Assembly (NCBI GenBank): GCA_902558395.1
Contig: CACEDS010000002.1
Span: forward strand, 98,043 to 162,042
Length of the DNA: 64,000 nucleotides
Direction: 5' to 3'
Origin: an uncultured SAR86 cluster bacterium
GTDB taxonomy: Bacteria; Pseudomonadota; Gammaproteobacteria; Magnimaribacterales; D2472
The notes below the pieces were generated by a model, which saw nothing but the letters and a program-made list of their open reading frames with translations, did not search any database and was not told the DNA's origin. The position numbers and the translations under genes are program-made. Below, piece by piece: positions 1 through 12,375 of the stretch. Numbering within the stretch: the first letter of the stretch is position 1; every line of letters starts with the position of its first letter.

Positions 1-1601
1 CCATAACATGTCTCTAAGGTCATTACTGCTGCTTCTCTTAAAGAATCAATTGGAGGATTTGTAACTTGGGCAAACTGCTGTCTAAAAAAATCATAAAGCT
101 GTCTATGCATTTTGCTCATTACTGCAAGAGCAGTATCGTCACCCATAGAACCAGTGCCCTCTTGAGAATCAACAGCTAAGGGCTTGATAACTGATGTTCG
201 TTCTTCTTTAAACAATAAAAATAGCTTTGAAGATTGAAGAAACTTAGATGCTTCAAATTTTTTCAGGCCAGGACCTTCGTACGAATCTAGTCTAGATTCA
301 ATATAGATTGCGTTCTCCTTAAGCCATTTTCTATACGGATATTTTTGTTTTAACTCATCATCAATGGCAGATTCGTCATAAATTCTCCCCTTAGAGGTAT
401 CTATGGCAAGCATTCCCCCAGGTGCAACTCTACCTTTTTGGACAATATTAGATTCGTTGACAGGATTTACACCCGTTTCAGATGCAATTGTAATTATATT
501 GTCTTTATCTAATTGGAATCTTGCAGGTCTCAGTCCATTTCTATCAAGAACACATAATGCCCATTTTCCATCTGCCATAACAATACCTGCTGGCCCATCC
601 CATGGCTCCATATGCATAGAGTTATATTCATGAAACCCTCTTACATCTGGATCTAAAGTTTGAATATTTTGCCATGCAGGAGGAAGCACCATTCTGATTG
701 CTCTAAAAATATCAACTCCGCCTTTTACTAAAAGCTCAATCATGTTGTCTAGTGAGGAAGAATCAGAACCAGTCTCATTAACAAGCTGTTTAAATTTCTG
801 AATTTTTGGTATGAGAGGTGTTTTAAATTTTGAAGATCTGGCTTTTACCCAATTTCTATTTCCTCGAATAGCATTTATTTCGCCATTATGTGCTAATAAT
901 CTAAATGGTTGAGCTAGATGCCATCTTGGACTTGTATTAGTAGAAAATCTTTGGTGAAAAACACATGTTGAAGCACGAAAGTTTTCCTGGTTGAGATCTA
1001 AATAAAATTCTTTAATAGCATTAGGTAACATTAAACCTTTATAAACTACTGTTTTTGATGACATGCTGCAAACATATAATTTTTCGTCATCCATATATAT
1101 TTCTTCAATATACTTTCTAGCCTGGATTAAACCGGTTTCAAAAACTTCTTGATTAAAATCTTTTTCAGTTGGTTTGATAAATAATTGAAATATCTCAGGC
1201 AAACAACTATAAGCAATTTCTCCTAAGATTTTTTCATCAACTGGAACCCTCCGATAAGCAGCAAGAGCTAGGTTTTCAGACTTAAGGATTTTTTTTATTT
1301 TAGGTAATAGTTTTGCAATATCTTGATTGTAAAAAATTTGGCCAATTGCAAAATGTTCACCAATTTCTATGTTTTGTTCTTTTAGAACAGTGTCTGCAAA
1401 AAATTTATGATCAATGTCAAAAAGAAGGCCACACCCATCACCTGTCTTACCATCAGAGCCTACCCCGCCTCTATGTGTCATGCTTATCAAAGCATCAATA
1501 GAATTAATAATAACTTTATGTGATTTTACCCCGTTAATATTTGCAATTAAGCCAAATCCACAGTTATCTTTAAATTCTTCTTTTTTAATTAATCCGGGCA
1601 T
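1..1601 (-). CDS. gltB: glutamate synthase large subunit, N-terminal ~533 codons (gene continues past the left window edge)
   Basis: This open-ended reverse-strand frame is absent from the ORF track. My translation from the ATG at complement(1599..1601) reads MPGLIKKEEFKDNCGFGLIANINGVKSHKVIINSIDALISMTHRGGVGSDGKTGDGCGLLF. Further on it reads VFHQRFSTNTSPRWHLAQPFRLLAHNGEINAIRGNRNW. These are the Ntn glutamine-amidotransferase signatures of GltB. There is no stop down to position 1. Confidence 0.9.
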   Translation of the reverse strand, partial: MPGLIKKEEFKDNCGFGLIANINGVKSHKVIINSIDALISMTHRGGVGSDGKTGDGCGLLFDIDHKFFADTVLKEQNIEIGEHFAIGQIFYNQDIAKLLPKIKKILKSENLALAAYRRVPVDEKILGEIAYSCLPEIFQLFIKPTEKDFNQEVFETGLIQARKYIEEIYMDDEKLYVCSMSSKTVVYKGLMLPNAIKEFYLDLNQENFRASTCVFHQRFSTNTSPRWHLAQPFRLLAHNGEINAIRGNRNWVKARSSKFKTPLIPKIQKFKQLVNETGSDSSSLDNMIELLVKGGVDIFRAIRMVLPPAWQNIQTLDPDVRGFHEYNSMHMEPWDGPAGIVMADGKWALCVLDRNGLRPARFQLDKDNIITIASETGVNPVNESNIVQKGRVAPGGMLAIDTSKGRIYDESAIDDELKQKYPYRKWLKENAIYIESRLDSYEGPGLKKFEASKFLQSSKLFLLFKEERTSVIKPLAVDSQEGTGSMGDDTALAVMSKMHRQLYDFFRQQFAQVTNPPIDSLREAAVMTLETCY

Positions 1602-1655
1602 ATTTTTGAGTGTGTTTAGTAAATTATATCACAAAGTTATTTCATTTAATTGTAG

Positions 1656-4396
<2,741 letters not shown>

Positions 4397-4400
4397 AAAT

Positions 4401-5285
4401 TTACTTTTTTTCAGGCCAAAGTCTAATTAAGCCTTCTTGGGCACAAGAGGCAATAAGCTCACCTGACTTAGAAAATATAGAACCCCTTGAAAACCCTCTA
4501 GCATTTTTAGTTATAGGACTATCTATTGAGTACAAAAACCAATCGTTTAAATCAAGTTTTTTATGAAACCAAATTGCATGATCAAGGCTAGCATTTTGCA
4601 GATTTTTAGTTAGGAAATTCACACCTACAGAGTTATTAGCTGCAGCCAATAAACCCATATCAGATATATATAGAAGAAATGCTTGTTGTATAACTTGGTC
4701 GTCTGGGATAACCCCGTTAGGTTTTATCCATGTATTTTTATATGGTGGCATTCTTTTAGGCTCAAAGTAGTCTTGAATCTCAACTGGCCTCATTTCAATT
4801 TCTCTTTGCCTCAAAAACATAGGCATATCTTTGCTATCAATATTGAGCTTTTTAAGTAATATTTCTCTAATCTCTATCTCATCTTTAAGATCCTCAGGAG
4901 CAGGAACATCTGGAATTGAAATTTCATGCTCTAAACTGTCTTCATCTTTTTGAAACGAGATGGAGCAACTAAATATAGCCTCTCCATCTTGCAAAGCTTT
5001 AACATTTCTTGTTGTAAAACTTTTACCATTTCTAATTCTATCGACAGTAAAAATTATCGGCTTATTCATATCACCCGGTCTTAAGAAATAAGAATGAAAA
5101 GAATGGGCATAATGTTCAACATCAATCGTTTTATATGCAGCTATCAAAGTTTGGGCCATTACTTGACCTCCAAAGACCCTTTTCCATCCTACATTTTTAC
5201 CGGTCCAACTATAAATATCCCTATCAACTCTGTTTAAACTAAAGAGATTAAGAGATTTTTCAAGAAGGTTTCGTCTTTCAGTCAT
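4401..5285 (-). CDS. tesB: acyl-CoA thioesterase II
   Basis: The 294 aa protein has a double hot-dog layout. The segments RVFGGQVMAQTLIAAYKT and NASLDHAIWFH resemble TesB. Confidence 0.8.
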   Translation of the reverse strand: MTERRNLLEKSLNLFSLNRVDRDIYSWTGKNVGWKRVFGGQVMAQTLIAAYKTIDVEHYAHSFHSYFLRPGDMNKPIIFTVDRIRNGKSFTTRNVKALQDGEAIFSCSISFQKDEDSLEHEISIPDVPAPEDLKDEIEIREILLKKLNIDSKDMPMFLRQREIEMRPVEIQDYFEPKRMPPYKNTWIKPNGVIPDDQVIQQAFLLYISDMGLLAAANNSVGVNFLTKNLQNASLDHAIWFHKKLDLNDWFLYSIDSPITKNARGFSRGSIFSKSGELIASCAQEGLIRLWPEKK

Positions 5286-5420
5286 TATGCTTTTCCAGGT
5301 ATAAAATTATTTCGATTAGTGTTTTAATTATAGATACTCATCTTACATGGTTTGTAAAAAAACTAGAACTTTCATATACCAAAAAGTATGATGTCAACCT
5401 AATTTACTAAAGTATGAATA

Positions 5421-6392
5421 ATGACCATTAATAAAAGTATTGAATTACCTACCAAACCTAACGAAAAATTAGAAGTTTCTGATATCTTTAAAATAGATTC
5501 AAAAATGTCTGTTAAAGGCTTCAAAGAAAAAACGGAATGGGTCCCAGAAATTGATGAGGGGTATATCTTCGATAAAGAAACAACATTATCAATACTTGCA
5601 GGATTTAATCATAACAGACGAGTTATGGTTCAAGGTTTCCATGGAACGGGTAAATCTACTCATATAGAGCAAATTGCAGCTCGCTTAAATTGGCCATGTG
5701 TAAGAATTAATTTGGATAGTCACATAAGCAGAATAGATTTGCTTGGAAAAGATGCTATTAAACTTAAAGATGGAAAACAAATAACTGAATTTCAAGAAGG
5801 ATTGCTCCCATGGTCTATACAAAACCCTGTAGCACTTGTCTTTGATGAATATGATGCTGGAAGACCAGATGTTATGTTCGTTATACAAAGAATTCTTGAA
5901 GTAGAAGGCAAATTAACTCTACTTGATCAAAATAAAGTTATCGAACCACACCCATCTTTTAGATTATTTGCTACAACAAACACAGTAGGTCTTGGTGATG
6001 TAACTGGTTTGTATCATGGAACTCAGCAAATTAATCAGGGCCAAATGGATAGATGGCATATTTTATCTACCTTAAATTATCTTGATGTTAATCAAGAACT
6101 AAAAGTAGTTTTATCCAAGGTTGGAGAATTAAAAACAACTAAAAATCAAGAAATTGTTAAAAATATGATTAAGCTTGCCAATTTGACAAGAAATGGCTTT
6201 GCCAATGGAGATATATCCATTCTTATGTCGCCTAGAACAGTCATATCATGGGCTCAGAACTTTAAAATTTTTAAAGATATCGGTGATTCCTTTAAATTAA
6301 CATTCTTGAATAAGTGTGACGATTTGGAAAAGCCAATTATTAATGAATATTTTCAGAGATGTTTCGATATTGATCTTAATGAGAACTCATAA
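5421..6392 (+). CDS. cobS: CobS-type AAA+ ATPase (MoxR-like; annotated elsewhere as the cobaltochelatase CobS subunit)
   Basis: The Walker A motif is GFHGTGKST and the Walker B motif is ALVFDEYD. Long stretches match my recollection of CobS, for example NRRVMVQGFHGTGKSTHIEQIAARLNWPCVRINLDSH and LYHGTQQINQGQMDRW. Confidence 0.8.
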   Translation: MTINKSIELPTKPNEKLEVSDIFKIDSKMSVKGFKEKTEWVPEIDEGYIFDKETTLSILAGFNHNRRVMVQGFHGTGKSTHIEQIAARLNWPCVRINLDSHISRIDLLGKDAIKLKDGKQITEFQEGLLPWSIQNPVALVFDEYDAGRPDVMFVIQRILEVEGKLTLLDQNKVIEPHPSFRLFATTNTVGLGDVTGLYHGTQQINQGQMDRWHILSTLNYLDVNQELKVVLSKVGELKTTKNQEIVKNMIKLANLTRNGFANGDISILMSPRTVISWAQNFKIFKDIGDSFKLTFLNKCDDLEKPIINEYFQRCFDIDLNENS

Positions 6393-6398
6393 AACTTT

Positions 6399-8159
6399 AT
6401 GAGCTGGGTTAAACACAGAGATAAACTTCATGAAGCTGCATTATCATCTGTAAAATCGATTTCAAAAATAAAGACTATTACGTCTAAAAATGGTATTCCT
6501 CAAAGACCTCCAGCTCAAAATCTAGCAACATTAACATCAGCTCCTCGCTCTTCAAAAGATTTACCATCATGGAGAGGAGAGGCAGACTTTCAGGCTTTTT
6601 GGTATTTATTCCATAAAATTAAACCAGAAGTAGAACTCAGTGTTCCTGCAAGAGTTGTTTTCAACGAACTGGAAATGTCACGTGTTGAAATTTTGGGGTC
6701 TAATTATTACAAAGGTTCGAAAACAAACATTACCGAGTATCTCAAAACAATAAATGTAGATGATAAAAAATCACCACATTATCTAGCTTTGTGCACAAAT
6801 CTTTGGCTTAAGGATGCAAGTGGTATTAATTTGTCTACATCATTAAAGCAGCTTTTAAAAGAATTTGATGAAACATATGCAGCTAACAACGCATTAGATG
6901 ATATTAAAAATAGCTTAATTTCTTCCATAGGTGATCAAGATAAATTTCAAAAAGCTTCCTTAGATTTTTTGAAAACAATCAGACTCCTTAAATCAATCAA
7001 AGATGACAATATTGAAGATGAAGAAGAACCTTTTGACTCTCCAGGTAGTACAGATGATATTGAAGATGTAATTGAGAATACTAGTGACAGTGAATCAGAT
7101 GATGCTGAAGCATCACTGGATGATTTAAATATAGATTTTGAAAATATTGAGCAAACTCCAGAAATGGCAGACGGTACTGCAATTGATGAAGAGATTGATG
7201 TATTAGCATATCCAAATAATGACTATACATTGGCCAATAATAATTATTCTATCTTTACAAAAGAGTATGACGAAATTATTGATGCAAAAGACCTTATAAC
7301 TCCTGATGAAGCTATCAGATTAAGGACACAATTAGATAATTTAATAAAGCCTCATCAAACTACTATAGGAAAATTAGCAAATAGATTACAAAGACTATTG
7401 TTAGCTCAACAAAATACTAGCTGGAATTATAATCTTGAAGAAGGGATGCTTGATACTGCCAGACTTCATAGAGTAGTTGCTAAACCTGGTTATCCTCTTA
7501 GCTTTAAACAAGAAACAGAAAATAATTTTAAGGATACTATTGTTACCCTTCTTATAGATAATTCAGGCTCAATGAGGGGAAGATCAATCAGTCTCGCTGC
7601 AATTTGTACAGATATAATTGGCAGCACTTTAGAGCGATGTCAAATTAAAACAGAAATTTTAGGTTTTACTACTAAAAACTGGAAAGGCGGAGATTCAAAA
7701 CAACAGTGGATGAAGCAAGGTAGCCAAATGAATCCAGGCCGATTAAATGACATTCGGCATATAGTATATAAAAGTGCTGATAATAGCTGGAGAAGATCAA
7801 GAAAACATTTTGGTGCAATGCTAAGAGAGGGTTTATTAAAAGAAAATATTGATGGTGAAGCTTTAGTTTGGTCTCATGACAGACTGATTAGAAGAAATGA
7901 AGATAGAAAGATACTTATTGTCATATCAGATGGAGCTCCCGTTGATGACAGCACTTTATCTGCGAACAATGAAGAGTATTTAGACAATCATCTTAAAAAA
8001 ATCATATTTGAAATAGAAAATGATAGTTCAGTTGAATTACAAGCAATTGGAATTGGTCATGACGTTACTAAATACTATAAAAATGCCATAACTATAAACA
8101 GAGCCGAAGAACTCGGTGAAGTGCTCCTCGAACAGTTAACAAAACTTTTCAAGAATTAG
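6399..8159 (+). CDS. cobT: CobT-type protein with an acidic linker and a C-terminal von Willebrand A domain
   Basis: The 586 aa protein has an acidic low-complexity tract ([41 protein letters not shown]). It also has a VWA MIDAS motif ([11 protein letters not shown]) and a late [12 protein letters not shown] segment. It starts 6 nt downstream of cobS. Confidence 0.8.
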   Translation: MSWVKHRDKLHEAALSSVKSISKIKTITSKNGIPQRPPAQNLATLTSAPRSSKDLPSWRGEADFQAFWYLFHKIKPEVELSVPARVVFNELEMSRVEILGSNYYKGSKTNITEYLKTINVDDKKSPHYLALCTNLWLKDASGINLSTSLKQLLKEFDETYAANNALDDIKNSLISSIGDQDKFQKASLDFLKTIRLLKSIKDDNIEDEEEPFDSPGSTDDIEDVIENTSDSESDDAEASLDDLNIDFENIEQTPEMADGTAIDEEIDVLAYPNNDYTLANNNYSIFTKEYDEIIDAKDLITPDEAIRLRTQLDNLIKPHQTTIGKLANRLQRLLLAQQNTSWNYNLEEGMLDTARLHRVVAKPGYPLSFKQETENNFKDTIVTLLIDNSGSMRGRSISLAAICTDIIGSTLERCQIKTEILGFTTKNWKGGDSKQQWMKQGSQMNPGRLNDIRHIVYKSADNSWRRSRKHFGAMLREGLLKENIDGEALVWSHDRLIRRNEDRKILIVISDGAPVDDSTLSANNEEYLDNHLKKIIFEIENDSSVELQAIGIGHDVTKYYKNAITINRAEELGEVLLEQLTKLFKN

Positions 8160-8214
8160 TTTCTATATTACAATTATTTAATGTTTACACTGTAAACATT
8201 AGTTGGGAGTAAAA

Positions 8215-9321
8215 ATGAAAATAAATAAACAAGCAGGTCCACCAGAAGATCTATTATATTTTGATGATGAAGTTAACTTAACACCTCTTCAGGTTGAAGA
8301 TGTAGTTGAGATATTTAACACACCATTAACAGGTTCTTATAACTGGGACTATACAATAGCAGATAATAGAATAAAGAAACTTTATGAACTTGGAAAAGAG
8401 CTAAATTGGAATGGTTCAATAGACCTACAATGGGACTATACCCATCCCGCTGATGAAAAGCTTGTTGAACCTGATGAGCAACTCCCCCACGAAACACTTG
8501 AAGCCTATGAAAATCTTACCGAGGAAGAAAAAATTCTCTTTGATAGGCATTCAACAGCTGAATTGATGAGTCAGTTTCTTCATGGTGAGCAAGGTGCTCT
8601 TCTTGTTGCATCCCAACTAGCCTCTTGTGCTCCTACATATAATGCAAAACTTTATGCAGCATCACAAACTTTTGATGAAGCGAGACATGTTGAGGTATTT
8701 AATAGATACCTTCAAGAAAAAATAGGTATTCATTATCCAATAAATCCAGCTTTAAAAACTCTTTTAGATAAAATTTTGACTGACGAACGATGGGATTTAA
8801 AATTTATTGGCATGCAAATAATTATAGAAGGTTTAGCTCTGGCTGCTTTCCAAATGCTCAAAACAATAACCAAAGACCCCCTATTAAAACAATTACTGCA
8901 TTATGTTGTAAGGGATGAAGCTAGGCATGTAACTTTTGGTATTAATTATCTTGAAGATTATATTAAAACTCTCTCTCCAGAAGAAATAGAAGATAGAGCT
9001 GAGTTTGCCTATGAAGCTTGTGTTATTTCAAGAGAAAGACTTATCAATACTAAGTCAGAACAAAAATTCCTAGGCATGTCTGCTGAGGAAGCCAGAGAAT
9101 TTCAGTTAAATACTGCAACCTTTGATATGTTTAGAAACTTTTTGTTTTCTAGGGTCATACCTAATCTTTCAAGAATTGGGCTTTTGACTGATAAAGTTCG
9201 CCCAAAATTTGAAGCATTGGGATTGCTTGAATATGAACATGCACCAGATGACTTTGAATGTGACTGGAGTGAATTAAAAAAACCATTAGAAAGTTTTGAT
9301 AAAATTCCTGAAGCTATTTAA
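8215..9321 (+). CDS. ferritin-like diiron-carboxylate oxygenase (AurF-like family), cytoplasmic
   Basis: There are two DEARH motifs (FDEARHVEVF and VRDEARHVTFG), each preceded by a helix carrying a Glu (LHGEQGAL and IIIEGLAL). Together these form the E / ExxH / E / ExxH diiron ligand set. There is no signal peptide. I moved the start to ATG 8215, which follows a GGGAG Shine-Dalgarno sequence. The track start at 8203 is a TTG. Confidence 0.65.
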   Translation: MKINKQAGPPEDLLYFDDEVNLTPLQVEDVVEIFNTPLTGSYNWDYTIADNRIKKLYELGKELNWNGSIDLQWDYTHPADEKLVEPDEQLPHETLEAYENLTEEEKILFDRHSTAELMSQFLHGEQGALLVASQLASCAPTYNAKLYAASQTFDEARHVEVFNRYLQEKIGIHYPINPALKTLLDKILTDERWDLKFIGMQIIIEGLALAAFQMLKTITKDPLLKQLLHYVVRDEARHVTFGINYLEDYIKTLSPEEIEDRAEFAYEACVISRERLINTKSEQKFLGMSAEEAREFQLNTATFDMFRNFLFSRVIPNLSRIGLLTDKVRPKFEALGLLEYEHAPDDFECDWSELKKPLESFDKIPEAI

Positions 9322-10522
9322 TTTTTCTTTTTTAATTTTTATAAGCTTTTTTAGTTATAGTAAAACTATAACGATTTATCCTTCAGCTGATCCTTATACT
9401 GAAATTCAAGAAGCTTTGATTCTAGCTAATCCCGGAGATATCGTTCACATATCTGAAGGCTTTTATAAGCTTGAAGATAGTCTGTCTATTGATATAGATA
9501 ATTTAACACTTCAAGGAGATGGTCTTAATAAGACTATTTTGTCTTTCAAAGATCAAATGTCTGGAGCCCAAGGTCTTTCAGTAACATCTGATGGAGTCAC
9601 ACTCCAAGACTTTGCAGTTGAAGATGCAAAAGGAGATGCCATTAAAGTTAAGGGTGTTCATGGTATTAGCTTTATAAGAGTAAGAACTGAGTGGACAAAC
9701 GGACCGGATGAGCTCAATGGAGCTTATGGGTTATATCCCGTAGAATCAAAAAATGTATTAATAGATTCATGTGTGGCCATTGGAGCCTCTGATGCTGGGA
9801 TATATGTTGGGCAATCTGAAAATATTATTGTAAAGAATAGTAGAGCAGAATTTAATGTAGCTGGTATTGAGATCGAAAACTCATATTATGCTGATGTGTT
9901 CGACAACCATGCAGAAAATAATACTGGCGGGATTCTTGTATTTGATCTTCCTGATATTCCTCAACAAGGCGGACATCATGTAAGGGTTTTTAGGAATAAA
10001 TCTATTAATAATAATACTGATAATTTTGCTCCAGAAGGAAATATAGTTGGAGAAGTACCAAGAGGAACTGGAATCATTATTCAAGCAAACTCTCATGTAG
10101 AAATATTTGAAAATGATATAGGTGGAAATGATACTGTTAATATCGCTATAGTCACCTATGGGTATGAGACTGAAGATAAAAATTATTATCCCCACCCCAG
10201 AGCAATCCAGGTTCACAATAATAGGTTTACAAAGTCAGGAAATAATCCAGATTTAGAGACCGGAGAATTAGCAAAAATTCTATATGAATTATCAGATAAA
10301 AATATGCCTGATATTTTTTGGGATGGAATACTTCCAATGAAACAAATAATATTTGGACAACCGGATAATGAAAAATTAATTCTTGGAAATAATGGCTCTG
10401 CTACATTTCTTACCATTAATCCAATTAAATATATGCTGCCAATCTTTAATCCTGTAGAGAGAGATTATGATAATTACAGAGGCACAATTACCCCTCTTCC
10501 GGAAGTAAAATTCAGTGACTAA
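9296..10522 (+). CDS. secreted parallel beta-helix repeat protein (NosD/CASH-like fold)
   Basis: The N-terminus is hydrophobic and signal-like (FNFSFLIFISFFSYS). It is followed by periodic short G/N-rich turns typical of right-handed beta-helices, for example DAGIYVGQSENIIVKNSRAEFNVAGIEIENSYYADVFDNHAENNTGGILVFD. A TTG start overlaps the upstream gene by 26 nt. Confidence 0.7.
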   Translation: MIKFLKLFNFSFLIFISFFSYSKTITIYPSADPYTEIQEALILANPGDIVHISEGFYKLEDSLSIDIDNLTLQGDGLNKTILSFKDQMSGAQGLSVTSDGVTLQDFAVEDAKGDAIKVKGVHGISFIRVRTEWTNGPDELNGAYGLYPVESKNVLIDSCVAIGASDAGIYVGQSENIIVKNSRAEFNVAGIEIENSYYADVFDNHAENNTGGILVFDLPDIPQQGGHHVRVFRNKSINNNTDNFAPEGNIVGEVPRGTGIIIQANSHVEIFENDIGGNDTVNIAIVTYGYETEDKNYYPHPRAIQVHNNRFTKSGNNPDLETGELAKILYELSDKNMPDIFWDGILPMKQIIFGQPDNEKLILGNNGSATFLTINPIKYMLPIFNPVERDYDNYRGTITPLPEVKFSD

Positions 10523-11555
10523 AAGTAATATAAAACTCTTGTTATGCTTACTCTTTTTTAATTATTTAGACTCTTCTATATATGTAAAAGAGGATCTTAT
10601 ATATCAAGATAAACCACCAAAAAAACTATCAGAATATGGCTTTTTTCAAGATATGAATAATCAAACACCATCTGATGGAGTTCTACCCTATGACTTAATT
10701 AGTCCCCTATTTTCAGATTATGCAGATAAATTAAGATTTATATATATTCCAGAAAATAAAACAGCGGCTTATAGACACAACAAAGTATTCGATTTTCCAA
10801 ATGGAACTGCATTAATAAAGACTTTTGCATATCTAAATAATTATCAAAACTCAAATACTTCTAAGCAACTTCTTGAGACTCGACTATTGATAAAGAAAAG
10901 TAATGAATGGGTTAACGTTAGCTATATTTGGAATGACGATCAAAATGAAGCTTTTTTAAGTATTGCTGGAAAAACTATTTCAACTAAATTTATCAATGAA
11001 TATGGAAATTTAGTAGATGTTCGATACAGGGTTCCGAATATTAATCAGTGCAAAGAATGCCATACCTCAAATAAAAAAATAACTCCTATTGGGCCAAAAG
11101 CTAGGAATTTAAATAAAAGCTTTAATTATATTGAAGGTTCAAAAAATCAACTTATTAAATGGCACCAAATGGGATGGGTTGAAAACAATCTCAATATAAA
11201 ATCAATGGTAGATTGGCAAGATGAATCAAAAGATTTAAATGATAGAGCAAGATCTTATTTAGATATTAACTGTGCTCATTGCCATATAGATGGAGGGTCA
11301 GCAGATACTAGCGGTCTTATTCTAGACTATCTTGAGAGTAATAAAATAAATTTAGGAATCTATAAAAAACCTGTTGCTACAGGGAGAGCTAGTAATAATT
11401 TAAGGTACTCAATTGTTCCAGGAAAGCCCGATGAATCTATTTTGTTATACAGAATGCAATCTCTTGACCCTGGAATAATGATGCCTGAGTCAGGAAGATT
11501 TCTTGAACATACAGAAGCTGTTGAGCTTATCAGTAAATGGATTAAAAACTTATAA
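10515..11555 (+). CDS. diheme c-type cytochrome (the family I recall being named SO_2930/HNE_0200-type), secreted
   Basis: There are two CxxCH heme-attachment motifs (CKECH and CAHCH) and a hydrophobic N-terminus (LLLCLLFFNYL). A GTG start overlaps the beta-helix gene by 8 nt. A pairing with a beta-helix protein is a known conserved but uncharacterised gene pair. Confidence 0.7.
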   Translation: MTKSNIKLLLCLLFFNYLDSSIYVKEDLIYQDKPPKKLSEYGFFQDMNNQTPSDGVLPYDLISPLFSDYADKLRFIYIPENKTAAYRHNKVFDFPNGTALIKTFAYLNNYQNSNTSKQLLETRLLIKKSNEWVNVSYIWNDDQNEAFLSIAGKTISTKFINEYGNLVDVRYRVPNINQCKECHTSNKKITPIGPKARNLNKSFNYIEGSKNQLIKWHQMGWVENNLNIKSMVDWQDESKDLNDRARSYLDINCAHCHIDGGSADTSGLILDYLESNKINLGIYKKPVATGRASNNLRYSIVPGKPDESILLYRMQSLDPGIMMPESGRFLEHTEAVELISKWIKNL

Positions 11556-11621
11556 TTGGGTTTAAATTTGTATTAGCGACCATACCTATTTAATATATCT
11601 TTAAATTTAAGGAGAAAAACT

Positions 11622-12371
11622 ATGTCTAGACATTCCGCTATAAATAGATTTGGCAGATCTACCAATCCAGCATTTAGTAGAGGCTTTGATTCAACATCAT
11701 ATGAAGCATCTATGGGTGAAAAAATGACTCTCGATGGAGCTGTCAATAAAACAGGTATACTTCTTGCCTTATGTTTTTCAGGTGCTGTTATTGGATGGAA
11801 TATACCTGCTTTAATTTGGCCTGGTGCGATTGTTGGTTTTATTTTAGCAATGGTAACTATTTTTAGGAATCCAGCAAAAGCTGGATCTACTGCACCCCTT
11901 TATGCTTTAGCTCAAGGCACTTTTCTAGGTGGAATCACATTAATGTACGAAAGTGCATTTGATGGCATAGCAATTCAAGCAATTGGCTTAACTTTTGGAA
12001 TACTTGCTTCACTATTAATGTGCTATAAGAGCGGATTAATAAAACCAACTGAAAATTTCAAGTTAATGGTCGTTGCTGGCATTGGCGGAATTTTCTTGCT
12101 TTATTTAGTAAGCTTTATAATGAGTTTTTTTGGCTCAGGTATTAGTCTACTATCTCCAACTGATGGTTCTTTAATGAGTATCGGACTTTCTTTGGGAATT
12201 GTATGCTTTGCTTCATTGTCTCTTGTCCTTGACTTCGATTTTATTGAAGAAGGTGCTGATAAAGGCATGCCAAAGCATATGGAATGGTATGGTGCTTTTT
12301 CTTTGATGGTAACACTTATTTGGCTATATTTAGAAATACTTAGATTATTAGCTAAGATGAGAAGCAGGTAG
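11622..12371 (+). CDS. Bax inhibitor-1/YccA-family integral membrane protein
   Basis: A strong AAGGAG Shine-Dalgarno sequence precedes the start. The N-terminus STNPAFSRGF...MTLDGAVNKTGILLALCFSGAVIGW is followed by about 7 hydrophobic helices. This is the pattern of COG4760-type BI-1-like proteins. Confidence 0.6.
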   Translation: MSRHSAINRFGRSTNPAFSRGFDSTSYEASMGEKMTLDGAVNKTGILLALCFSGAVIGWNIPALIWPGAIVGFILAMVTIFRNPAKAGSTAPLYALAQGTFLGGITLMYESAFDGIAIQAIGLTFGILASLLMCYKSGLIKPTENFKLMVVAGIGGIFLLYLVSFIMSFFGSGISLLSPTDGSLMSIGLSLGIVCFASLSLVLDFDFIEEGADKGMPKHMEWYGAFSLMVTLIWLYLEILRLLAKMRSR

Positions 12372-12375
12372 GTTT

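Noticed and set aside
6990-7200. Acidic low-complexity coding tracts (CobT 6990-7200; also the RpoD region 1.1/1.2 spacer and the DUF305-LVIVD linker)
   Set aside because: These are normal features of the protein families (the CobT acidic linker and the sigma-70 acidic insert). They are not repeats or mobile DNA.
5421-8159. Reading cobS/cobT as evidence that the organism makes cobalamin
   Set aside because: No cobN or any other corrin-pathway gene is in the window. CobS/CobT-like pairs are known in B12 non-producers. The names are therefore kept as family labels only.
9881-10416. Minus-strand ORFs 9881-10216 (111 aa) and 10213-10416 (67 aa)
   Set aside because: They lie entirely inside the beta-helix gene on the opposite strand. 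They are Ile/Phe/Ser-rich, as expected for the antisense of AT-rich coding DNA, and have no start context or motifs.
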